Below the pieces are notes generated by a model. That model was given only the letters and a program-made list of their open reading frames with translations, was not told the origin of the DNA and did no database searches. A program made the translations under genes and the position numbers. Of a DNA stretch of 38,076 nucleotides, positions 8,538-16,017 are shown one piece after another (positions within the stretch are counted from its first letter, which is position 1; every line of letters begins with the position of its first letter). Source of the DNA: a virus (taxonomy: Duplodnaviria > Caudoviricetes); the IMG/VR virus record IMGVR_UViG_3300016666_000240, positions 1 to 38,076 of that record; one strand, 5' to 3'.

Positions 8538-8546
8538 TGTTATGAT
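8538..8546 (+). promoter_or_regulatory. Candidate lysogenic (repressor) promoter, extended -10 TGtTATGAT
   Basis: TG-n-TATGAT about 70 bp upstream of the repressor ATG, facing the lytic promoter. Confidence 0.5.
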
Positions 8547-8570
8547 GTGTAATCGCTACAGGATGGCGTA

Positions 8571-8599
8571 ACTATAGTGGACGAATGTCCACATGTCAA
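8571..8599 (-). promoter_or_regulatory. Early lytic sigma70 promoter TTGACA-N17-TATAGT
   Basis: Plus strand TGTCAA (8594-8599) and ACTATA (8571-8576) give a near-consensus promoter pointing into the early operon. Confidence 0.8.
8577..8592. promoter_or_regulatory. Probable repressor operator GTGGAC-gaat-GTCCAC
   Basis: Inverted repeat filling the spacer of the early promoter; degenerate copy GTGGTCatatGTCGTA at 8608-8623 over the repressor start. Confidence 0.7.
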
Positions 8600-8615
8600 A
8601 TAAAAAAGTGGTCAT

Positions 8616-9077
8616 ATGTCGTATTTCAAAGATCGTCTTCGCGCCGAACGAAAGCGTTTGGGCTTGAGCCAGGAGAAGTTTGCGGCCCTGGCTGGCGTAA
8701 CAAAAGACACACAATTAAATTATGAGAGTGGCTCTAGGAAGCCCGATTCTGACTACCTGATAGCTATTTGCGGGGCCGGGGTGGATTCCCACTTTTTATT
8801 GCATGGCACGCCATCTTCGGACGAGCTACCTGCAGAGGAAAGCGAGTTGCTGCTAGGTTTTCGAAAGTTAGATCTTCGGGGAAAGTTGCGTCTGCTAGGG
8901 CTTGTTGAGGGTATGGCAGAAGGAACAGCGCCAACTCCAACTCCAGCTCCTGCGGCAGCTTCGCAGACCCAGCGCAAGCAAAAGATCACTATCAAAGGCG
9001 CAGTCGGACATCAGGTTAATGGTGACGTTGCCGGCCCCTTGACCGTCAATGTTGCCAATAAAAAGACTATTAAATGA
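8616..9077 (+). CDS. XRE-family HTH prophage repressor (153 aa) with C-terminal beta-rich tail and no S24 peptidase domain
   Basis: RLRAERKRLGLSQEKFAALAGVTKDTQLNYESGSRKP HTH; divergent from the early operon. Confidence 0.9.
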   Translation: MSYFKDRLRAERKRLGLSQEKFAALAGVTKDTQLNYESGSRKPDSDYLIAICGAGVDSHFLLHGTPSSDELPAEESELLLGFRKLDLRGKLRLLGLVEGMAEGTAPTPTPAPAAASQTQRKQKITIKGAVGHQVNGDVAGPLTVNVANKKTIK

Positions 9078-9424
9078 AGAAGAAAATACTGCTGGTAGTT
9101 ACTTTAGGCTTTGGCATGTCAAGTGTTTTTGCTGGCCCGTCAAAATTCAAGGCGGAGGATGTTGTGGAACCTATAGCACCGACTATCGCGTGCATATCTG
9201 CTGAAGATTTGATTACCGGGTTTAAATACGCAAGCGCAGGGGAGCAAACTCGATTACAGGCACTGTTTGATTCAAAGCGATGCCTACTAACAGGCCCTGG
9301 AGATAGGCTGAAAGTGATCACTGTTGAAAACTCACCTCTAATTGAGGCGGTTCCTGTTTCAGTTAAAGGTGCAGTGAATGGGATTCATATTGCCGAGCCG
9401 AACTATAGAAAAGTAAAAAAATAG
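9074..9424 (+). CDS. Secreted/periplasmic protein (116 aa, signal peptide, two Cys)
   Basis: MKKKILLVVTLGFGMSSVFA signal peptide; ATGA overlap with the repressor stop. Confidence 0.75.
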   Translation: MKKKILLVVTLGFGMSSVFAGPSKFKAEDVVEPIAPTIACISAEDLITGFKYASAGEQTRLQALFDSKRCLLTGPGDRLKVITVENSPLIEAVPVSVKGAVNGIHIAEPNYRKVKK

Positions 9425-9472
9425 GCCAGCAGTATCGTAAGGCGTCGTGAGAAATAGAGTTGGATTGGAAAA

Positions 9473-10132
9473 ATGGCAGAGAAAGTAGAATTTAAGCGGC
9501 ATGTTAGTAGCGCCGTGATGGGTGACTTGAATGAGGCGCCGCGCCAAAGCAACGTAGTAAATCTCACGATAGGCTCAAAAACTGAATTTCAGCCGCTGAC
9601 AAAGCTACAGCGGCAAGATGTAACGGCCAAGGTCAAGGTACTGGTCGCCCTGGAAGGAGGCTCTCCACTGAATGTCTACCGAGTGTTGCTGAATAGTTTC
9701 GGCGCTGCCAACATGGATGCATTCCCAGGGGACAAGTACATGGCGGCCATGGAATTGCTCGATGCCCGCATTGTTGCGCAGCAAAGTGCTCCTGTGTCTG
9801 CGGTAGCGCCAAGTCCGCCTTCGCGCCTTGCGGCGGAACCGGCGATATCGTGCCTCGCCTGTACTCGTCATCAAGCCGAAATCAAGCGAATACGGGCGAT
9901 TGTCGTGGTGCAATGGGCCTTGCTGGTGGGAGCAATCCTGTTTTGTGGCTGGCTGTGGTTGCCTTCCGCTGTCGGCACTACTCCTAAATCGTCTTTAGAT
10001 ACAAGTTGTCTGGTCGATGGAAAGGGATATTCGATGGGAAGCTCTATCAAGATGCCGAACGGATCTATACGTGAATGCATGAACAACGGTCCGGAAGGGA
10101 GTCCGCGCTGGTCCCTTAGCGACAAAAAATAG
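9473..10132 (+). CDS. Bitopic membrane protein: N-terminal beta-motif, antirepressor ORF6C-like helical domain, CxxC, TM helix, C-terminal DUF1496/YnjH-like periplasmic domain
   Basis: PLTKLQRQDVTAKVK...VYRVLLNSFGAANMDAFPGDKYMAAMELL; CLAC; IVVVQWALLVGAILFCGWLWL; CLVDGKGYSMGSSIKMPNGSIREC...W. Domain names are by eye. Confidence 0.65.
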   Translation: MAEKVEFKRHVSSAVMGDLNEAPRQSNVVNLTIGSKTEFQPLTKLQRQDVTAKVKVLVALEGGSPLNVYRVLLNSFGAANMDAFPGDKYMAAMELLDARIVAQQSAPVSAVAPSPPSRLAAEPAISCLACTRHQAEIKRIRAIVVVQWALLVGAILFCGWLWLPSAVGTTPKSSLDTSCLVDGKGYSMGSSIKMPNGSIRECMNNGPEGSPRWSLSDKK

Positions 10133-10155
10133 GATTTATTGTTGCTTGCTCCATT

Positions 10156-10410
10156 TTAGGTGCACGGATAGTGGCACCGTTCGCAGCATTTGCAGCGGTG
10201 AACTTCCCTATAGTTGAAATGTGTGAGCTGCCTACTAAGGGCGGTAGCAATCGACTCAGGGTTGGCATTCGCCAGAATTTTACGCCAGATTTCTTTGGAA
10301 TGAACTTGATCCGATATTCCAAGTATCTGTCGGTGGATGTGATTACTGATCTCGTTTTCCTCGCGCTCTACCTCGTCCGTATTTTTTGTGTTTCGATTGT
10401 TCTCTTTCAT
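10156..10410 (-). CDS. Small hypothetical protein with Cys-rich C-terminus (84 aa)
   Basis: GGAGAG RBS before ATG 10410; ends HRCKCCERCHYPCT; the 195-aa track ORF is an artefactual extension into gene D. Confidence 0.55.
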   Translation of the reverse strand: MKENNRNTKNTDEVEREENEISNHIHRQILGISDQVHSKEIWRKILANANPESIATALSRQLTHFNYREVHRCKCCERCHYPCT

Positions 10411-10477
10411 AGTTCTCTCCGTGTAATTGCATTCATGCGGCTTCCGCGATGTGGATTGAAGTTTTCTTACCTGGCGC

Positions 10478-11710
10478 CTAAGATTGCTCGCTGTTTTCTT
10501 TGATGATGTCGCGCACTTCCTTAATGTGTTCCCATGCCAGCTTTGCTGCCCGCTTGGCGCCATGCTTGCTTTTGTAAAGATGTTCCAGCGTCTTGAGCGT
10601 GCCAGCGGTGCCGGCCTGCTCCTGCCCCGCCTTTTTCTTCTTCGCCGCCACATCCTTCCATTTGGCCACCACGCCCGTGACGCCTTCGTCCGGGTCTTTC
10701 TCGTCCTCGCGCTCGGCCTCCACCGCTTCCGTCTTCGTCTCAAATTCCACCCGCGTGGTAAAGCCGCTGCCGCCCAGGCTGTGCGTGACCTTCACCGATA
10801 GCCATTCGGTGGCGTCGATCTCGGGCTTGAAGCCTTGCACGGTGACGGGCGATTGCGGGAACACGGCGGGGTTGCCCAGGGCCAGGCTCATTTCAAAGGT
10901 GGCCAGGCCGCGCAGGATGCGCTGCCATTCGGCCACGGCCGCCGCGCGCGCGTCGGTTTCGTTGGCGAAGGTGGTGCGCAGGCGCTTGCTGTTGCCCGGC
11001 ACGCCGGCCACGACGCTGCGGCGCCGCGCGTAGCGCTCGTCGTGCCAGAAGGCGCGCACGCCCGTGTAGGCGTCGCTTTCGGCGCTGTGGTAGCGGTGGC
11101 CGTCGCCCAGGGAACGCGTGATGGGAATGACGGGCAGCGCCTTGCCGCTGGCGGTGCGGCTCTGGTTGATGGGGATGAAGAGCAAAGTGTCGTTCTTGAC
11201 GGTGGCCACCGCGTCGTATTTCCTGCCCAGCCGGCGAAGGAAAGCCGCATCGCTCTCGTGGGTCTGGTCGATGTGCTCGACGGCTGTATCGCGCAGGCGC
11301 GCCGACACGCCCGATGCCAGCTCGTTGCGGAAGGCGATGGCCTCGATGATGGCGCCCAGGGTGGTCTTGTGAAAGCTGTGTTCCTGCTGCTGTTTGAATG
11401 TGTCGATCAGGTTGGCCGACCTGGCGCGCAGGGTGATGGTGTCGGGCGCGCCGCTGTGCTCCACCTCGTCGACGGTGAACTTGCCCATGTCCACCAGGCC
11501 AGTGGCTTGCCAGCCCAGCGCCAGGGCGATCTGCGCGCCGCGCGGCGGCAGGGCCAGCTTGCCGTCGCTGTCGTCCAGAGAAATATCGAGCTGGTCGCTC
11601 TCGTCGCCACGGCACAGGGTCAACGTCAGATTGATTAGCCGCGGTGAAACGATGGCCGTCAAATCCTTGTCCTCGATGCTGACCTTGAAGGCGGGGATAT
11701 GCTCGCTCAT
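10478..11710 (-). CDS. gpD: P2 gpD-like baseplate hub / late control D protein
   Basis: DQLDISLDDSDGKLALPPRGA, IDQTHESDAAFLRRL, GFKPEIDATEW; last gene of the tail operon. Confidence 0.93.
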   Translation of the reverse strand: MSEHIPAFKVSIEDKDLTAIVSPRLINLTLTLCRGDESDQLDISLDDSDGKLALPPRGAQIALALGWQATGLVDMGKFTVDEVEHSGAPDTITLRARSANLIDTFKQQQEHSFHKTTLGAIIEAIAFRNELASGVSARLRDTAVEHIDQTHESDAAFLRRLGRKYDAVATVKNDTLLFIPINQSRTASGKALPVIPITRSLGDGHRYHSAESDAYTGVRAFWHDERYARRRSVVAGVPGNSKRLRTTFANETDARAAAVAEWQRILRGLATFEMSLALGNPAVFPQSPVTVQGFKPEIDATEWLSVKVTHSLGGSGFTTRVEFETKTEAVEAEREDEKDPDEGVTGVVAKWKDVAAKKKKAGQEQAGTAGTLKTLEHLYKSKHGAKRAAKLAWEHIKEVRDIIKENSEQS

Positions 11711-12315
11711 TTGAACTTGTCCGCCGCGCTGCCGATGGCGCCGCTGATGCTGCCGCCGATCTTGTCTTTCATCTCGCTGACGACGCCGCCGTATTTCGAG
11801 GTGATGCCGCCGACCACATTGCCGACCACGCTGCCCACGGCATTCTTGGCAGCGCCCGCAATGCTGCTGGTCATGCCGTCGATGCTGAGCATGTTTTTCA
11901 GGTCGCCGATGTCGCCCAGGCCAAGCATGGCCAGCACGCCGTCGTCATCGCGCTTGAGCGCAATCGAGAACTCGACGCGGCGCGCGCCGCCGCTGCCGTC
12001 GAGGATGGTGCGGCCCTCGGTCATGCTGGTGATGCGGTAGGAGCCGAGAATGCGGCCCGTGCCCTGAATCAGTATCCACGATTTGCCTGTGTCGGCCATC
12101 ATGCGCAGCGCATCGAGCGAATACAGGGAGCCGGTCAGCTCCGGCGCCACCCAGCCCGACAGGGTGATGGTGTCGTCGCCGGGCCCCACGTACTGGTGCG
12201 CATCGCGCAGGCCCACGCGGGCCGTGCTGGCGTGCTTCCATTCCGTTTGCCGCTGCAGCTCGTGATAGGCCAGGGTCGGCAGGCTAAAGACGAACATTCC
12301 TAAAATCATCATCAT
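11707..12315 (-). CDS. gpU: P2 gpU-like tail protein
   Basis: MMILGMFVFSLPTLAYHELQR, QYVGPGDDTITLSG; follows tape measure. Confidence 0.92.
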   Translation of the reverse strand: MMMILGMFVFSLPTLAYHELQRQTEWKHASTARVGLRDAHQYVGPGDDTITLSGWVAPELTGSLYSLDALRMMADTGKSWILIQGTGRILGSYRITSMTEGRTILDGSGGARRVEFSIALKRDDDGVLAMLGLGDIGDLKNMLSIDGMTSSIAGAAKNAVGSVVGNVVGGITSKYGGVVSEMKDKIGGSISGAIGSAADKFK

Positions 12316-12330
12316 GGTGGTTATTCCTTC

Positions 12331-14985
12331 TTAATCGTGGTCGCGCAGGGACGAGCGGATGCGTGCCGCTTTTTCACGGTCGCGTTGTTCCATTGCCGCA
12401 TACACGGCGCGTGCGATGGCCTGCGGATCGGAACCAGCTTGCGCCTGGATCGTGATTTCGATCTTGTCGCCCTGAATCGTCATGCCGGCGCCGAACCCGC
12501 CTTGTGACAGCGGAGCGCGCGTGTCAAAGGCGCTGGCGGGCAGGGCGGTGGCCGTGCCGATGGCGATGCCGGCGCCCAATTGCGTCAGGCGCTGCGCCAG
12601 GCCGGAAACCTTGGCAATCGGCGCACCTTCGCTGCGGTCCAGGCCCACGGCCAGGCCTTGCATGGTGTAGTCGCCGAGCTGGGCAAACACGCGGCTCGGG
12701 CTATGGATGCCCAGCTTTTCCTTGAACCAGGCAATGGTGCTGGAACCGGCATTGCTGATGGCGTCCTTGACGGCGCCCATGGACCCGGTGATGCCGTTGA
12801 CCAGGCCGCGCAGGATGTTGGCGCCGAAGTCGGTGAATTTGGCCGGCAGCTCGATGCCGAACCAGCCCAGCACGCCCGCGAACGCCTGGTAGAACACGCC
12901 CAGCGGCGACCAGTTGAGGATGAGGTTATGCACGCCAACGACGCCACCAGCAAAGGCGGCTTTGACCTGTGACCAGATATCCACGAAAAAGGCCTTGATC
13001 GGCTCCCAGTTTTTATAGATCAGGTAGGCGGCGCCGGCAATGGCCGTCACGGCCAGGCCAATCGGGTTAAGCATGAAGGCGCGCCCCAGCCAAAGCACGG
13101 CGCGCCCCGCCCACATGAAGGCGCCACCCAGGCCGCGCAGGATGGGCGCGAGTACGCCGCCCGTCACGCCCATTTTGGCAAACATGACGTGCAGCATGGC
13201 GTACGGGCCGATCAGGGCTGCAATGCCCAGCATCAGCGGGCCGAGTACCAGCAGGATGCCGGCAAGAATGGAGAAACCAACGATCATGACTTTGGCCAGT
13301 GTCGGGTTGCGCTCCATGAAGCCATTCAGGCGCTGCACGGCACTGATGGCCAGTTCCAGCCCCTGTGCATATAGCGGCAGGATTTTTTCGCCCATGGTGA
13401 GCTTGAGGTTGGCCAGCTTCGACTGCGCTTCCAGTTCCTTGCCGGCGGCCGAGTCGCGGCCCAGCTTTTCCAGCTGGCCGATATTGGCGGCGCCACGGTT
13501 GAGCTTTTCGTTTTTGTGGATCTGCACGCGCTGCAAGTACATCTGCGAATACAGGTTCGACGCGGTGCGGTTGGAAAAGATGCTGCCGATGGCGTCGAGC
13601 ACGTGCTTTTTCTCCGTGATGCCCTTCTTGGCCAGTTGCGGCAACAGCACTTTTTCCATCCACTCGAACTGATTTTCTCGGAACAGCTCGGAACCCAGCA
13701 GCGCACCGGGATCAAGAAAAGCAATTTGCCCCGCCTTGTCAGGCGTGACTTTGCTTTTGTCACCAATTAGGCCGAACTCATCCAGCTTTTTGACCGACCG
13801 TTTCGTCGTGCGGCCCTGGTATAAGTTCTGGTAGGCGCTCATCAGGGAAGTGCCGACGCGATTGCCGCTCATTTCCTGCACCAGCGGTTCCATCTGGTAG
13901 TAAAAGGCGTCATCTTTCAAGCCCTTGGCGGCGATGCCGCCCGTCTTGATCATGTTCAGCCATTCATTCGGGCCGACGCGCCCACCTGTCGCCGTGATGA
14001 CCTGCTGCACGATGTTGGCCTGAGCTTCGAACTTTTCCTTGCTCTCCAGGCCGCCGCGCAGCTCGATGACCTTGAGCATGTCCATGAACTTGCGTTCGTT
14101 GTCGGCGCCTTCTTCCTCACCAAAGAAGGCGTGATTGGCAAACTTCATCTTGGCCAGGGTAGGGGCGACCATTTCCGCATGGTGCACATCGGCAAAGGCG
14201 CTCATGCCGTCGCGCATGAGTTGCAGGTTGTCGAGCTTGCTGGTGCCGTAGGTCTTCATGTTGCGCGCGAAGGCGACGGCCTCGGCTGACACCTTGTCGC
14301 CCAGGCCCAGCGCGTTGACGCGTCCCACTTCCGTTTGATAGTGCTTGGCCTCGTTCAGCCCCTTAACGACGGGCGCACCGATGACGGCGCCCGTGGCGGT
14401 CGCGCCCGCGCCGGCCATGGCCAGGTTGCCCGCCTTGCTGCGCAGCTTGTCGGCGTGCTGGGTGGCGTTGGTGACACGCTGCTGCTTGGCGGCCGCGTTG
14501 GCCAGCTTCTGCTGCTGCAGCGTCATGGTTTTGTTGGTGGCCTCGATCTCGCGGCGCAAGGTGCGCTCGTGGTTGGCCAGGTCTTTGGTGCCGATGCCGG
14601 CGGCGCCCAAGCGCTCGCGCATGACTTGCAGTTGCTGCGCTTGCTGCTGACCTGCCGTCTTGAGGGCGCTGGCCGCCTTGACGGCGGCGTTAAACTCGCG
14701 CGTCATGGCGCGCGTGGGCGCTTCCGTCTGTTTCATCTTGGCGGCCAGGCTGGCCACCTTCTGCTGGGCCGCTTCCAGCTTGGTGCGCGTGGCGTCCAGG
14801 CCACCATGCAGCTCGCGGAATTTGCCGATGTTCTTTTGCTGCGCGTTGAGGTCGCGCAAGCGGTCACTGGTGGCCTTCAAGGCCTTGGCCGTGTCGCTGG
14901 AGCCGCCCATGATTTTCTTGAGCGGGCCGGTGATCTTGTCCAGCGCCGCAAACACTACCTGTAATTTCAGATCCCGACCAGCCAT
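12331..14985 (-). CDS. gpT: Tail tape measure protein (884 aa)
   Basis: Long helical Ala-rich protein, TM segments, KLGIHSPSRVF motif; between E/E' and U. Confidence 0.92.
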   Translation of the reverse strand: MAGRDLKLQVVFAALDKITGPLKKIMGGSSDTAKALKATSDRLRDLNAQQKNIGKFRELHGGLDATRTKLEAAQQKVASLAAKMKQTEAPTRAMTREFNAAVKAASALKTAGQQQAQQLQVMRERLGAAGIGTKDLANHERTLRREIEATNKTMTLQQQKLANAAAKQQRVTNATQHADKLRSKAGNLAMAGAGATATGAVIGAPVVKGLNEAKHYQTEVGRVNALGLGDKVSAEAVAFARNMKTYGTSKLDNLQLMRDGMSAFADVHHAEMVAPTLAKMKFANHAFFGEEEGADNERKFMDMLKVIELRGGLESKEKFEAQANIVQQVITATGGRVGPNEWLNMIKTGGIAAKGLKDDAFYYQMEPLVQEMSGNRVGTSLMSAYQNLYQGRTTKRSVKKLDEFGLIGDKSKVTPDKAGQIAFLDPGALLGSELFRENQFEWMEKVLLPQLAKKGITEKKHVLDAIGSIFSNRTASNLYSQMYLQRVQIHKNEKLNRGAANIGQLEKLGRDSAAGKELEAQSKLANLKLTMGEKILPLYAQGLELAISAVQRLNGFMERNPTLAKVMIVGFSILAGILLVLGPLMLGIAALIGPYAMLHVMFAKMGVTGGVLAPILRGLGGAFMWAGRAVLWLGRAFMLNPIGLAVTAIAGAAYLIYKNWEPIKAFFVDIWSQVKAAFAGGVVGVHNLILNWSPLGVFYQAFAGVLGWFGIELPAKFTDFGANILRGLVNGITGSMGAVKDAISNAGSSTIAWFKEKLGIHSPSRVFAQLGDYTMQGLAVGLDRSEGAPIAKVSGLAQRLTQLGAGIAIGTATALPASAFDTRAPLSQGGFGAGMTIQGDKIEITIQAQAGSDPQAIARAVYAAMEQRDREKAARIRSSLRDHD

Positions 14986-15156
14986 CTATTCCGCTCCGCT
15001 TCGCTGCCGGGCGCGTTCGCGCCAGGCCATCAGTTCATCAATCGTAAAACCGTCCATCGCTGCCGGCGTCCAGTGGAAGACGCCGGCAATGTCGGCCATG
15101 GCGTCTTCTACTTCGCCGGGGATACCGAAAGGCGATCGGCTTTGCTCACCAAAAAA
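14986..15156 (-). CDS. gpE': gpE' extension reached by -1 frameshift (E+E')
   Basis: Slippery TTTTTTG at 15150-15156; -1 frame is open to stop at 14986 and encodes MADIAGVFHWTPAAMDGFTIDELMAWRERARQRSG, the P2 GpE'-type sequence. Confidence 0.85.
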   Translation of the reverse strand, partial: FFGEQSRSPFGIPGEVEDAMADIAGVFHWTPAAMDGFTIDELMAWRERARQRSGAE

Positions 15157-15416
15157 GCGCCTACCTCCGCGCCCACGCTCAGCAAGTCGGCCGGGTCCAT
15201 GTTGGCAATGTCGTGCGCGGTCAGGGTCGGCTCGGTGATGCGGGGCAGTACCACCTGCAGCGCCGTCACGCTCAGGTTGGCCAGGTCGATCAGGGACACG
15301 CCGCGCAGGGCGCCGGCCTTCGGTTTGCGCACGGTCAGCGTGGTGATGAAGGTGTCGCCGCGTTTGATCGGGTCGTCCAGTTCGATGACGGCGTGGGCTT
15401 GGTTGTCGTTGTTCAT
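15108..15416 (-). CDS. gpE: Tail assembly chaperone gpE
   Basis: LDDPIKRGDT...RKPKAGALRGVSL...VLPRITEP. Confidence 0.92.
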   Translation of the reverse strand: MNNDNQAHAVIELDDPIKRGDTFITTLTVRKPKAGALRGVSLIDLANLSVTALQVVLPRITEPTLTAHDIANMDPADLLSVGAEVGAFLVSKADRLSVSPAK

Positions 15417-15451
15417 GGTGTATTCCTTGTGGTGGGTGGTGGTTAAAAGAG

Positions 15452-15958
15452 TTACAGGCCGATGGCCTTGCGGATGGCGTCGTTGGTGCTGCCGCCGATG
15501 TTCTCGATGCCGCTCATGAAGTCCAGTTCGATGATGATGGCGCCGTCGATCATCAGCTTGTAATAGCTGCAGGCCATGGTGTATTTGTGCGTGGTGTCGT
15601 CGGCCATCTTGGCCGCGCCCATGTCGATTTCCTTGTAACGGCCGCGCACGACGACTTCCACGGCGGCCACGCTGCCGTCGTCGTCTTCCTGGAAGGCGCC
15701 GGCAAAGCGCAGTTGCACGGCGCCGTGCGAGCTGGCGCCGTACTGTTTCAGCGCTTCACCAATCAGGCCGCCAGCGCTCCATTCCAGCGACAACGCCTCG
15801 TTGCCGAAGTCGACCGACACGGGGCCGGTCATGCCGCCGGCACGGTACTCTTCCATCTTGCGGCTCAGTTTGGGCAAGGTGACTTCCGGCACCATACCCA
15901 TGAAGGACACGCCGTTTTGGAACAGGTTGAAATTTTTCAGTTTGCGGGGCAGGCCCAT
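15452..15958 (-). CDS. gpFII: Major tail tube protein FII
   Basis: MGLPRKLKNFNLF, LPKLSRKMEEYRAGGM, CSYYKL. Confidence 0.95.
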   Translation of the reverse strand: MGLPRKLKNFNLFQNGVSFMGMVPEVTLPKLSRKMEEYRAGGMTGPVSVDFGNEALSLEWSAGGLIGEALKQYGASSHGAVQLRFAGAFQEDDDGSVAAVEVVVRGRYKEIDMGAAKMADDTTHKYTMACSYYKLMIDGAIIIELDFMSGIENIGGSTNDAIRKAIGL

Positions 15959-16017
15959 AGTTTCTCCAATGATTTAAAGCGCTCGCGCTGGCGCGGGCAG
16001 GGTGGTGCTGTTGACGG

